A stretch of 64,000 bases of DNA, taken from the NCBI RefSeq assembly GCF_001194135.2, contig NC_068983.1, positions 159,733,640 to 159,797,639 of the forward strand, read 5' to 3'. Below are positions 1-12,590 of the stretch, one piece after another (within the stretch, counting starts at the first letter, position 1; each line of letters begins with the position of its first letter). The notes beneath the pieces are model-generated. The model searched no databases. It was not told where the DNA came from and was given only the letters and a program-made list of their open reading frames with translations. This stretch comes from Octopus bimaculoides. Its lineage: Eukaryota. The position numbers were made by a program, and so were the translations under genes.

Positions 1-1850
1 CATCAGCAAATCCATGCTCAGCGTTGTCACAAGGGAACTGATGATATTTCTGAAAATAAATGGTTTGTTCGTTGATACGCAGTCGGCTTCCTTCCACGAA
101 GTAACTGCTTCACACAGCTATTACTGCATTATAATTGGGTAACTGAAAAAACCAAGGCCTTTGGAAAAGTTGATCACAACATGATAGGTCGCCAGGTGTG
201 TGACCTTCAATTTGTAAAAAATCTCGGAGTGAGTTTCATAACTTTTTAATGGGTAAAGCAAATTATTTGCAGTCAATGAGACCTCAGCTCAATACAGAGT
301 CTCTCAAAGACCTGTATTAACACCACTAGTGATTGTGGTGGCTCCCTTAGACAAGTACATTCCCTCCGTCATATCACAAGCTATGCAGGCACTCAAGAAT
401 CCAAATACACATGACCGCAATGCATAAGTGGACTGAAGAAATCAACGTGCAGGTAAATGATGAAAATTTGAAGCTCTCCGTTATCAGCCCACAAGCATGG
501 GAGTGTACAGTATATGGGTTATTGCAATCCCAAAGCTACAATCAGTGCATAATCCACTGCAGTAATAATGCCTCATTCCAAATACATATCACTAAGACAG
601 CAACAACGTGCATGTGGCTGGTTTGTGGCATTCTGAGATCATTTATAAGAAAAATAGTTAGTGCTGTGGTGAACATTCGTTTTCAGTCTTCTCGTCTACT
701 ACTCTCAGTTGTGGCTACCATGTGGCGTCAAACTAACAGCAAATCCCCAGGTAGTTCAACGCTCTGACAGGAGCATTGTTTTAAAGCAACAGATAAGCTA
801 CGGGGAGATGTTCATCTGTTGCATTGAACTAAAAGAACTGTAGCTCTACTTCCTAGTTAAACCTCCCAAAAGCGGGACGTAAATGAGAAAATATACAAAT
901 GTGATAGAAGAATCTCGCTTTGGGATTAGAACCAGATTTTTTTCCTCTTTCTGACTGTTCCTTCCGATACATGGAGATCTTTTGCAATTGACCTCATGGT
1001 CTTTCTGGGATTGTAATCAATGATCTGGTGAACTTGCTGGATAAATTCAGGTGTTGTGAGATTTCAGAACATTTAAAATGCCTTTTATGTTTTGATACTG
1101 GTGATACGTTTCAATCTTACAAAGTTTGGAGACGAAAAATCTGGCAACTTTTAAAAATCAAGATATTTATAAATCGCTGTGCTCAGCCTTTATAACCACT
1201 ATAACAGCATGCCTCTTCATTTCTTGAGTAAGCTGAGGGTCTGCCATTATTATTTTCTGAAACAAAGATTATACAGAGTTAGCAAAAATGCAGCATTGAC
1301 CACCCAAAAGTACGCACTCTGTATATAGTCTACAGAACTATGTCCAGACAATGAAACAACACATCAGTAGCTTGAGAAAAGGTGCACCACGGGAACATGA
1401 AAAACCTTTTAATGATACATGGGAATGTGGTGTAACATACTTCAACCCAAGAAACGGACTTCACAAAATTTCCAAGCATTCAACAATATTTCCAAGCTAT
1501 GCCAACCACCGAACTGGACGGCACTGCATAATACCAGAGATATTGTCTTCTTCATCTCGGATTAATATTCACTACTGCAACAGCTTGGGTTTCAGGGGAC
1601 CACAACTTTTTAACATCCTGCCAGACAATATCAGAGATTTGCGAGGTGCAGATGTGGAAACATTCAAAAAGCACCTGGACAAATTTCTATCTGAAATCCC
1701 AGATGAGCCCTCGTCGCAGCAGGAGGAACAAAGAGGAGCAGCTCTGCCCAAATCGCTTCTTCACCAAAAACAGTATAGAAGGAAAACCAAAAAAACTGAA
1801 AGGCGGGGCTCCAGCATGGCCCCGACCTTTGGCTGAAACCGGTAAAAGAT
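1..1850 (+). mobile_element. CR1/L2-like LINE, 5'-truncated and degenerate ORF2 (RT to C-terminus) plus 3' end
   Basis: Broken frames give GFLPRSNCFTQLL and KAFGKVDHN (RT). ORF 1351-1836 gives NSLGFRGPQLFNILPDNIRDL..VETFKKHLDKFLSEIPDEP. The 3' end is GGCGGGGCTCCAGCATGGCC..TGGCTGAAAC followed by simple repeats. Confidence 0.8.
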
Positions 1851-3289
1851 TATATGTGTGTATATATAAAGAAAGAGAGAGTGAGTGACAAAGAGGGAGA
1901 GATAAATAGCAACATAGCTGCATATTAACACACACACGCACACACATATATATATATGTATGTAAATATATATATGTGGGTGCGCGTGTGTGTGCATGAG
2001 GTGTGTGTGTGTGCGTGGGTCTGCGTGTCTGTATGTATATATGCATATATACAAGTGCGACGGTGTGTAAGTTTTTGTGTTTCTGTGAACACACAAGCCT
2101 AATCTTACAGCTGAATGGCAGTTCATAGAGACCCGAATAAATACACTTAAGGCAGGCTGTAAATATGCTTACCAGAGAGCACGTGATTAATTCTTTTTAT
2201 GTATCATTTACATTGATCAATTAAACGGTTTACATTAACATTCATCCGTTGTCAATATGACATTATTTCTAGTATATCAATTGAAAAGCATTTTCTTTCC
2301 TTCTAGTCTTCCAATCTAGTTTAACTTTGTTTGTATAGCCAGAAAACTGGCCAATTCCTAACCACTCTTCCGACCCTCAGAAAAAGGGTTTATTTATTTG
2401 CATCGTATACAGAATGATGGTAAATTTGAATGACAAATAAAATGTGAAGTGAACTATATATGTTTTTTTTCTTTTATTCTTACTGAATTCTTTTAGCTTG
2501 TTGGTGACAGACGCTACAAAAACTGAACTGTTATGTGAGGGTTTTTATCAAACCTTAAGCAGATGAGAGGGCATGAAGTCAATTTTGCAATGTAATGAAA
2601 TACTTATTATATACCGAATATACCAATAGTGGTAACGTATTAACGCTTGCTAAATGAATCTGTTCTTGTCCGACAAGATCTATAAAGAGAGATATTCCAC
2701 TCGTGAACATCCGCTTTTGATTTTCACGTAGAATGTCGTCCAAGAGAGTATTATTCTATGAGTCTTTCTTTTATCAAAACGGTAAGAAATAATTTAAAAG
2801 AAATTTGGCTACACCATCGTACAGGATGAGCGAACATGCACAGTGTTAACTTTTTGCAATAAATATGCTCAGCAATATATAACTAGATGCATCTTGCTAG
2901 ATAGACAGCTCAGTCAATAGATCAATGTTTGGAACATTACTATAGTATAGAATTCGGGCAGTTACCATCAATGATTTGGAAGTTAAAATAAATCCTTATT
3001 GTTTAGGCGCATGCATAGCTGTATGATTATGAAGTTGCTTCGCAACTACGCGGTTTGAGGTCCCATCCACTGCGTCGCAAGTTGTACATGAGTCTTCTAT
3101 CACAGTGAAAGTTCGATGAAAATCTTCGTGAGAAGAATTCGGAGGAGAGAAATTGCGGGTAAGGTCGACAGGATAAATCGGACTTGTTTGTTGGTTAGTG
3201 ACAAAATGTTCAGCCTGATTTAACAACACTACCTGGTCATTGAGTGTTTTTAGTGGACCATAAACATAACATACATTCGGATTATTTGC

Positions 3290-4970
3290 ATGAATAATTT
3301 GAGAAATTCCTTTCACCATATGCAGAGAACATGAAACATGACATTAGGAAGATATCGTGATCAAAGAAAAATGTTATTCTGGCCATAGACGAGGTAGCTG
3401 CAAATTCAGTTACTGACCCTGATAGATTCCCAGCAATCTTTCTTAAATCCTGCCAATGAACCCTTGCAAAGCCTCTGCTTCTTCGTTTACAGATCTTCCT
3501 AGCAAGTATTAAGATACCAGGCAAACTGAAGGAAAAAATGATTCGTCCTGTCAATAAACCTATCTCCTTGACTTCACGCACTAGCAAAGTCATGGAATGA
3601 ACAGTCTTAACAAAGTTAATTGCGTTCCATGAATAAGGATGACTTGCTGACTAACTCCCGGCATGGTTTTCGACTAGGTAGAAGTTGTCTGACACAGGTC
3701 TTCCAGTACTTAGTCTAGATGTTTAAACAACTGCTCAACAACAACTGAGATGTGGACGTGATATATCTCAATTTTGCATATCATATCATGGTTGATGTTA
3801 TCGAATAACGTCGACCATGATATGATATGACAAAAGCTGTGTGACCTCAGCATGGTCGCAAAACTTGGAGTGGCTAAACGGCTTTCTAAAAAATAAATAG
3901 AACCAACGAGGGTACCTGCAAGGAAACGCAAATGATGAGTGGTATCCTACAGGCACTGTCTTGGGGTCACTGCTACTCATAGTGTCTCTCTCAGACATAC
4001 CCTCCGCTGCTAGACAGCCATCCTTGCTAGCTATGCAAAATCTCTCAGCGAATACAGAAGCCTGGAGATGTTGCGCACTTGCTGCAGGATTTGAACGTAA
4101 TATACAGGTGGGCTGAGGACAATAACATGCAGTTTAATGCTGTAAAATTTCAAGCCCAACAATACCAGCACACAAATCTGATTGATATACAGACAATATA
4201 TACTGGCCCAGTGATTGAAATCCTTGAATCATAATCCCTGGGCACTGACATAGAGTAGTGATGCATCTTTCCAGATGTACATTACTAAGTTGGCAATAAA
4301 ACGCAGGCGGCTGGCCGGATGAATCCTTAGAAATTTCAGAAAGGGAAAGCAAAACAACATGATGGTCATCTGTAGGACATTTCATCACAGTCGTTTAGAC
4401 CACTGCTCCCCACATAGTGTAAAATTTACGGCGGAATTCGAAGTAATCCGGCGAAGCTACACGAGGAAGATCGTCTCAATGCGACATGTCAACTACGGGG
4501 AGAAGCTGAAAAAGTTCAGACTCTACTTCCTAGAACGAAGGCGGGAAAGATATGGAGTGATATATGCCAGGAAAACCCTGGCAGGACACGTACCAAACTT
4601 TGGCATTGAAAGTTATAGTTACAGCAGAACGAGAAACCACTGCATAGTGCCAAAATCCCAGTATTGCCATCAGGACATAGGACCAGATATTGCAACAGCT
4701 TGTGTCTGAAGGGCCCTCATCTTTTCAACTTCATCTCAAAACGCCTGAGAGACCAACATGTGGCGAATGTAGCTATCTTCAAAATGAAACTGGTGTCCGC
4801 CCCATTAAGGGTTCTGGATGAACTTAATTCGCGGAAGGAAACGCGGCGGAAGGCAGCAAAATCAATCTCTATCATTCAGCAAATGTCACATATGAGAAGT
4901 TTCAAGTAGTGAAAGTGTAGCAAAGCATACTTTGGTATTGCAGCATGACTGCAGCTCTTGAGCTGAAACT
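3290..4970 (+). mobile_element. Second CR1/L2-like LINE of the same family, degenerate RT
   Basis: Frame-shifted motifs DRFPAIFLKSC, HGFRLGRSCLTQ, VDVIYLNFA, a QGTVLG-like box, YFLERRRERY and CNSLCLKGPHLFN. The 3' end GCAGCATGACTGCAGC..GCTGAAAC resembles that of copy 1. Confidence 0.85.
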
Positions 4971-4979
4971 AGTAATATA

Positions 4980-5018
<39 letters not shown>

Positions 5019-7413
5019 GCATATATATGAAATAATGATGTATGTATACATCATGGTAACGCATAGACACGCACAGACACTAATGCGTACGCGCGCGTAC
5101 ACATACACATATATTTTTAATGTACATACGATTGTTTTCTTAACTATTGCAACAACAGCAGCAAGTATAAATGATTATTCGCTTCTATTTAATGAATGTG
5201 AGGTACTCTTCCAGCAAACAAGTTGAGTTTGAATATCTAAAACAAGCTCTTTATAACAATGTTAAAGAAATGGGAAGATGTAGCGATAATAATTCATTCA
5301 TATCCACGACTTGAATATCATTAGCATTAAAATGTTTCTACCGGTAAACTCCATTGTCTTTAATTGATAGTTATGGTTTATTTTTATTTGGCTTCTCAAA
5401 TTCAAACTGGTTTTGACATCTAGAAGATCGTGATCTTTTATTAATTTGCCGTTAAATTTATTTAAAATGCCTTGTGTATTGAGCCATTATGTAAATAAAA
5501 AAGACCTTTTAGCTACAGATACGCTGGTATTTATTATTCTGCAATAAATTTCAGTAATTTTAAAATTGCATCTATTCAATATTATTTATGTAATGTTCAT
5601 TTTATTGTTTCCTTTCAAAAGCAACAATAATAATCTGACTAATTTATTGTTAGTCATGTGAATGGCATCTTTTGTGAATTGGAATGTTTGTAGAATACTT
5701 CTGGTTACTTCCTACAAAGTCTTCCATTTCAGGGATGCGTTCCAAGTATATTACAATTATTCATTTTATCAGCCCCTGAAGGATGAGATTCGGAATTTAT
5801 TCAGACAGAATATGAATGCAATAATGTCATATACCAATTATTTAAGACACCACGAAACAGGCTCTCTATCGTTTGTCAGTAAGCCTTATTTCAGCATATT
5901 AGACTAGAAAAGAATTGAACACAGAACTAAAGATACGAAGTGAAATATCGTAATGCGTTTAGGTTTTAGCTAAAACCACCATTATTGTTTAAGTTTAGAT
6001 GTTTTAAGTGCATCTTAAGAACTATTTGCGTGATTAATAAATTGGTATTTCTATTCAGGGTGAAAAAACAAAACAAAAATGGTTATTCACGTTTAAATAC
6101 AGCAATAAATGGTCCACGTATTGAAAGGTTAAACGAAAAGTGTTTTCAAATTTGACTCACATGTATAAGAAAGTTTACTTTCTTTCTGTGGAAATAATTG
6201 TATCTAACTTATTTGTAATTCCATGTCTGAGGACTGCACGGATACGCGTCTTTTCTTAGTTTACAGTATCAATTGTGCTACTGCCTAGTTTGTAAAGGTA
6301 AGCATTACATTGCAAAACTAGTGTTCTTGCAAAGCAAGGTACGCGTAACCTAGTTAATTTTCTTTCTTTCCGAGGTTCTTAACATCACCATTGTATTTAA
6401 GCAGCATGGATTGCATTTCTACACAGCTCATCTACATGAAGAAAATAAGCAACTGTCTTCCTCTCCTTTAAAATAGTGTGTATCCAGACAAGTTTGAGTT
6501 TCGAACCAGATATGATGTTGCGTGAATTATGAAAAGTAACGTAGCATATAGAAAGTAGCATATTTCGCTTTTTTAATACTAAGACATCTATAGATTCTGA
6601 CAATATTTCAAGTCTATGAATCAGAATTAGCATACATTTTAATATCAATAACTTTCTTGCAACACATACATGTGACGACTTCTAACTGAACGACTTAGAT
6701 TGCATTATCCCGACTTAACATATTTATACTTACCCTAATACAAAACTCTCGTATGGTGTCCTAGCAAAATGATCTTACTGTCCATCAATAAACTATAATC
6801 ATAGAAATCATAGTAAAGGAAGGCAAATAATCTTAAAATTTATTTCTTCATAGTCTTGAACGACTATTTTCAAGGAAAGTTTACGACTATTTTCAATGGA
6901 AGGTGTTACTAAAGGTCTGAGAAATATAAAAATTACGGTGAAATTGTAATAGAAAGGCTTATATAAAAATTATTTCGATTTGCTCAAGAAATCGTATTCC
7001 AAAAAGAAATTTCTTTATATGGCCAATTAGCACATTGTTTATATTTTATTCCTATAAATTTAGACACTGTTAAAAAATTGTTTATCTGTGAAATGCAGCT
7101 ATTTAGTCATGAGTAAGGCCTGCTTAAGCAGTTCTATAATTTCTATAACTAAATGCATTCTAGTAACAATCGTCAAATCTTCCTACAGATATCTGTTACT
7201 ACATTATTCCATATGTTCTTTGCATATACGTTTGTGCTTGATTTAAGTGTTGTCTTTTTAGTGCTCATATAGATGCTGTAGAAGTCTTAGGAGATATTTT
7301 AATGTAACTGGTTTATGTCATTCGTTTTAATTTCATATGTAATAGAAGCCGTTTCCATTATATTGTTTCGATCGCCAAAAATAAAAAAAACAAATAACTA
7401 AATAAATAACAAG

Positions 7414-8340
7414 TACGAGGTCCTATCAGAACGTTCTTGGACCAGGCTTATATAAGTTTGAATAACTACTGTTGTAGATAATGATAACTATATTATTTAT
7501 ATTCTAACATCAACTCTTTCAAATTAGCTCTCTTGGGAATGTACACAGCAATTCTAGCATGTCTTACACACCTTAAAGTACAGCGAAATTTTTATTCTGG
7601 AAGGCAGCCTTGCAACCCGCAATTCGGTTTGAATTTCGTCTTCCGACTTGGAATAGTGCCTCTTGAACTTCAATTTCATTTTGGCAAACATTTAACTCAC
7701 ATAGAGTGAAATATGGAGGGTGTGAATCGTCTGGCATTGTGCATTTTGTTAAAAGTTTGCGTCGTTGTTATCGACCAATTTGTGAACGGACGTGTTGTTA
7801 TGATCAATCGACCAATTGCTGTTGCATCATAACAGTTTTGAAGATGCACATCAATCAAGTACTTCGTAGCGTCGCAGTAAAAGTCAGAATTTATCTTACT
7901 GTCGGGAAAAATAATCAGTGAATGATACTTTTGATGTCGAAAAAGAGAAAAAGAAAAACAAACACTGGGGTATGCTTTTTATTGCCCGCTGAACTTACTG
8001 TGCTGTCTTTGATCATGATTACTACGAGCCCTTCCACGACAATGACTGCTGTTTTGTTCTTGGATGTTAGACGTATACTGAAGTTTCACTAGAACGATAC
8101 TTCTAGAACGACTAATCGCTTCGTCGTTAGCCTTGTAATAAAGCTCATGACATCTCAATACATCGCAATGATCGAATGTCTAGAGTTCAAACAACAGGTC
8201 AATACACAGCAGTGATTGGGTGTCGAGAGATAGATGACAAACTTTGTAAAAACAGATGCATATTCAGGGAATCTTGAAGAAAATCACTTTATAATTGATT
8301 CCACTCACACGAGAGAACTCTTAGTTTATTCAGTTTCGTT
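7414..8340 (-). mobile_element. Mariner-type transposon remnant (3' TIR and degenerate transposase)
   Basis: TA-CGAGGTCCTATCAGAACGTTC TIR-like end at 7414. Minus-strand fragments HPPY, PKMKLKFKRH and CKTC*NCCVHSQES*FE (consensus RWxRCVxSQGEYFE), with HTH-like DEAISRSRS further 5'. The 5' boundary is approximate. Confidence 0.7.
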
Positions 8341-9516
8341 TCTTCATAGATGAGTACACAATTTTTGTCTTTTATTTTTTCTGGCCTTTTGCTAACGATT
8401 ACTCAACTTGGAAACATCATCTTGAACCAACATTCCACTGGCTTTGGAATACATGTATCATTCAAAAACATTTTCTTTTAAGCAAAAGAATTTTTGCATT
8501 CGCGGGACATGGTACCAATTTTGCAGAGCTTTACGCCAGTCTTAATGCAAGCACGTTATTAGAAAATTCAGACGTCGTAAAAATTACATCGTTACACCTC
8601 AGACAGTAATTGAACACGGATAAATAGCCTAAAATCTGTTTGATGCCTGATTTTGTAAATTGGCTACCAGCGATCATCAGCAGCATACGCTTTTCCTGTT
8701 GAATAGTACGTTCACGTCATAAGCCAACCGGGGACTTTGTGATAACACTTTGTAACAAATTGATAGCAGACCTGATAATAGCTTAAAGTCATAAGCCATT
8801 GAGACTTATTAGTTTTCAGCAATTATATTTTTATAGAGTTTTTACGATGAGAAACCTCACATTTCAACCGAAGTCAAATATATCAGCATATATAGTCTTT
8901 TAACTCATAGACAAGACGTGAAATCATTAATAACATATGAGTTCATTTGATAAGAGATGAGAAGTCACACCTGAAGATTTCTCCGCATGATAGAAACGAT
9001 CCAAATTTCAAAGAATAAGATTCAATTACATGTTCTCTGCCTGAATCTAGAGACTCTTATGTTCACAAATAGTATCTGCTAAAATATTTCAGCTTCTCTC
9101 TGTGATGAGATTACACTCACATACACACTCACCCAAACACGGAGAAACACGCTCACATGGTTATTAGTAGTACATGCACTTGAAGTGAACAAATCAAAAC
9201 GAGTTTACAATTTCATGTTCACATTGCAACTCAGAGCTTTTTGCGCAAGCAGATATATTTTGCTACTTCTCTTTACATACATACGTAAGAGAAAGTTTCA
9301 AGATGTTTGACGAGATAGGTTTATGAGCCCAGAAAACTTTATGTTGCACGGAGCTGAGTGAAACTATTATGAAATATATGTAACACTCAGAAAATGAGTT
9401 GAGTGCTACTTTCGTTTGTCCACTTAATCGGGCATATATATATGTGAGTGTGTGTGTGTATGAGTGAGTGTATGTATGCATGCATGCATGTATGTATGTA
9501 TGTATGTATATGTATG

Positions 9517-9566
<50 letters not shown>

Positions 9567-9576
9567 NNNNNNNNNN

Positions 9577-9632
<56 letters not shown>

Positions 9633-9706
9633 GCGTGCTTTATACATGATAGTACCCACACTGAACAAAATGCTGTGCCAAAATTTGTGACTACCTTTTA
9701 TTAATA

Positions 9707-9920
9707 TTAAGGCGGCGAGTTGGCAGAATCGTCAGCATGCCGGACGAAATGCTGCAAAGCATTTCGTCCGTCTTTACATTCTGAATTCAAATTTCGTCAA
9801 CGTCGATTTTGCCTTTAATCCTATAGGGACCGATGAAATAAGTACCGGTTGCGTACTAGGATCGATGTAATCGATTAGCCCTTCTCCAAATTTTCAGTCC
9901 TTGTCTCTTTATTGGAAAGG

Positions 9921-9972
<52 letters not shown>
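9707..9972 (+). mobile_element. tRNA-derived SINE family A with (ACT)n tail
   Basis: Head TTAAGGCGGCGAGTTGGCAGAATCG, central GTCGATTTTGCCTTTAATCC..ATAAGTACC domain, (ACT)n at 9921-9972. Several related copies occur in the window. Confidence 0.85.
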
Positions 9973-10089
9973 ACCTACATTTTTGTAAATCTTAGATACT
10001 GATATTTTAAACGACCCGGACATTTTAGTTAGGAAGCAATTAATAATAAGTCAACAAACCACTCTTAATACTTCCTTTCCTGTGTTTTA

Positions 10090-10705
10090 CATCAATAAGA
10101 CTTTCCTTTAAATACTTCTTGTACCAAGAATTGCTGTCTTTTGCCTGACCCGTTGGCTTACATTAATTCCCATGCAAGTTCTCGAAACTGCCCGAACTGC
10201 ATCTCTATGCTCAAGTCATCACTGGAATCTCTAAAACCTTCCTCATCCTCAGCAATCTTTCAACTTCCTCCTTCTCTGACTCATACTTCTCCATCTTTTC
10301 ATGCTCTTTATCTTTCACTCTACTAACTCCTGGGATAGAGGTACCGATAATTTCGGCCTCTTTTTCTTTCTGATTTTCTTGCCTCAATCATGCTATCACA
10401 CTGAATGGTGAAGTCCCACAAAAGCTTAAATTTGTCATTTTTTAACCCCACTTCAGTTTTCTGCTCATCCCATTTAGCTGCTTTGGCAAACCCACAATTC
10501 TCAGATGTCGCCCAGTGTCTATATCTAGCAACATTATCATGCCGTTGTCTATACTTTTTCTGTGCCAACTTAGCGCATTCACTTACAAGATTGTTGAGCG
10601 TTTCTCCTTTTCTACCGCGTATTTTACATACGGGTGATTCTTTCATTTTTTTCAACATGAGGTTTAATGTAGTAAGTTCGGAGAGCCTTCACCTAGACCG
10701 CTGAA
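10090..10705 (-). mobile_element. R4/Dong-like (RLE endonuclease) non-LTR retrotransposon 3' fragment 1
   Basis: ETLNNLVSECAKLAQKKYRQRHDNVA..LLWDFTIQCD..IEAR, then an IPG..KEHEKMEKY RLE tail. Confidence 0.85.
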
Positions 10706-10774
10706 AACCAAAGCAAATGAACATCACCATCATCATCATCATCGTCATCGTCGTTGTCGTTATTATTAGTATTT

Positions 10775-11770
10775 CTTTTTATCGTAGGTTTTGTTAGAAC
10801 TCCTAGTCTTGCATGCGTAGCGGGCTTGCTGCCTCCAGTCTACGGTACCATGCAATCTATTCATTTCAGCTATCAAATACTTTCCTGATTATTCTGGCCG
10901 TGCCAAAGAGGCAAACGTTTTGTAACAGTTCTACTACGGACTCTATTCCGATTTCCTTTCTATTCCTCTTGATACCTTCTGATACTGTCTCCGAAGACCC
11001 AACAATAATTGGCACTATCTTCAACTTCTTCATTTTCCATAGCCAGGCTATTTCGTACTTGAGAGGGTTGTATTTATTTATTTTTTCGCCTTCTTTCATG
11101 ACTATTCGTGGGTCGAATGGATGCGCAACATCGACTATATAGAACATGTGGTGCATCTTGTCGACTACCCCTAGGTCCAGGCCTTTATTCTCTAGCACCT
11201 GATCTGTTTGGATTGGAAAATCCCAGAAGATTTGCAAGTTTCCGACTCTGCCACTCTCTGTGGTTTGTGCTCATACCTCGCCTTCCTTCTCTCTAGCTTC
11301 GATTTTTCGCACAGTTTCCAATGTAGCACTTCCGCTAATTGATCGTCTCGCCACAACTTTTAGTGGTTTTGAGCAAGTCTAGAGAAATCGTTCGTGATAT
11401 GGGCAATGGTTTCAGATGCAGCACAGCGAAGGCACTTGCTCATTCCTAATGTTGGCCCTTTAATTCATGGCCAAAGCTTGGTCTTGCACCGCCAGTATAG
11501 TACTCTCAGACTCTTTTTTTCAGAGTTCTACTTCTCAGAGCCCTCGATTTCACTTGTTCTGGCTAACTTTGTAAGGGCGGACAAGATCTTTTTGTCAAGT
11601 GTCTCAGAGGGTCTCTTTCTGCGATACTTAACATGCAGGTAAAAATTTCGCTGTCCCGAATAAAGCAGTTTTCTGAGCATGTTCCACCATCATGTTAATC
11701 TGAATTTCTCCAACAACTACTAAATGACATATACTTTTTACATTGCCCACATTCACACAATCTCATCTTG
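10775..11770 (-). mobile_element. R4/Dong-like LINE fragment 2 (longest; RT C-terminus, zinc motif, RLE)
   Basis: ORF 10866-11237 WDFPIQTD..VDVAHPFD..KEGEKINKY..LKYEIAWLW..IVPIIVG..LLQNVCLFGTARIIRKV. Upstream ESTILAVQDQAL. Confidence 0.9.
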
Positions 11771-11774
11771 TACT

Positions 11775-12000
11775 TCCCAATCTTCTCCAGTTGTTTATCA
11801 ACTCATACAACCACAGGGATGGCTATATCTATGATCTTCGTTTCCTTCATCCTTTCTTCAGGTGCAAAAATGTCTAGTCTCCGAGCATTAATCACTGAAT
11901 CATACTGTATTGTAAAATACCACTGGATCTTCTACTCATTCACTCTGATGACTTCTGGTCTAAGCTCGTGCCATTTCAATATTCTTTCAAGATCGTTCTT
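11775..12000 (-). mobile_element. R4/Dong-like LINE fragment 3
   Basis: Minus translation WYFTIQYDSVINARRLDI..TKIIDIAIP (RLE PD-D motif). Confidence 0.7.
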
Positions 12001-12004
12001 CTCT

Positions 12005-12305
12005 CATTATCTCCAGGTTTTGTTGGAACTCCTGAAGTCTCGCATGCGTAGCGAGTTTGCTACCTGCAGCCTACTTTACCATGCTATCCGTTCTTTTCAA
12101 CTCTCTAATACTTTCCTGATTATTCTGGCCGTGCCAAAGAGCAAACCATTTGTAGCAGTTCTACTGGACACTCTATTCCAATTTTCTTTCTATTCCTCTT
12201 GATGCCTTCTGATACTGTCCTCAAGGAACCAACAATAATTGGCACTATCTTCACCTTCATTTTCCATAGCCGGGCTATTTCGTACTAGAGAGGGTCATAT
12301 TTATC
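12005..12305 (-). mobile_element. R4/Dong-like LINE 3' end fragment 4
   Basis: Close nucleotide homologue of 10780-11070 (shared AATACTTTCCTGATTATTCTGGCCGTGCCAAAGAG). Abuts an (ATT)n array. Confidence 0.85.
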
Positions 12306-12306
12306 T

Positions 12307-12331
12307 ATTATTATTATTATTATTATTATTA

Positions 12332-12363
<32 letters not shown>

Positions 12364-12385
12364 GTTATTGTTATTATTATTATTA

Positions 12386-12417
<32 letters not shown>

Positions 12418-12590
12418 GTTATTATTATTATTGATATCCTCCTCCCTTCCACCCCTCCTCTTCATCCTCTACCTCCTGTACCTCCTCTTCTTCCTCCTCC
12501 TCCTCCTCCTCCTCCTCCTCCTCATCATCATCATCGTCATCATCACCACCACAAGCAGCAGCAGCAGCAGCAGCAGCAGTATAACCTCAT
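12307..12590. repeat. Compound trinucleotide microsatellite (ATT)n-(CCT)n-(CAT)n-(AGC)n
   Basis: Directly visible. It explains the poly-Leu ORF 12239-12607. Confidence 0.95.

Noticed and set aside
5733-6298. Plus-strand exon pair (5733-5878 and about 6255-6298), both followed by gtaagc
   Set aside because: Joining them gives in-frame stops with either acceptor, and no protein motif was recognised. A terminal or UTR role is not excluded.
8966-9003. Hammerhead-like CTGAAGA..GAAACGATC
   Set aside because: No stem II, and no 3' partner for the ACAC stem I strand.
9263-9704. ORFs rich in CV/HT/YI dipeptides here and throughout the window
   Set aside because: They are translations of (CA)n, (TA)n and (TATG)n microsatellites and N gaps.
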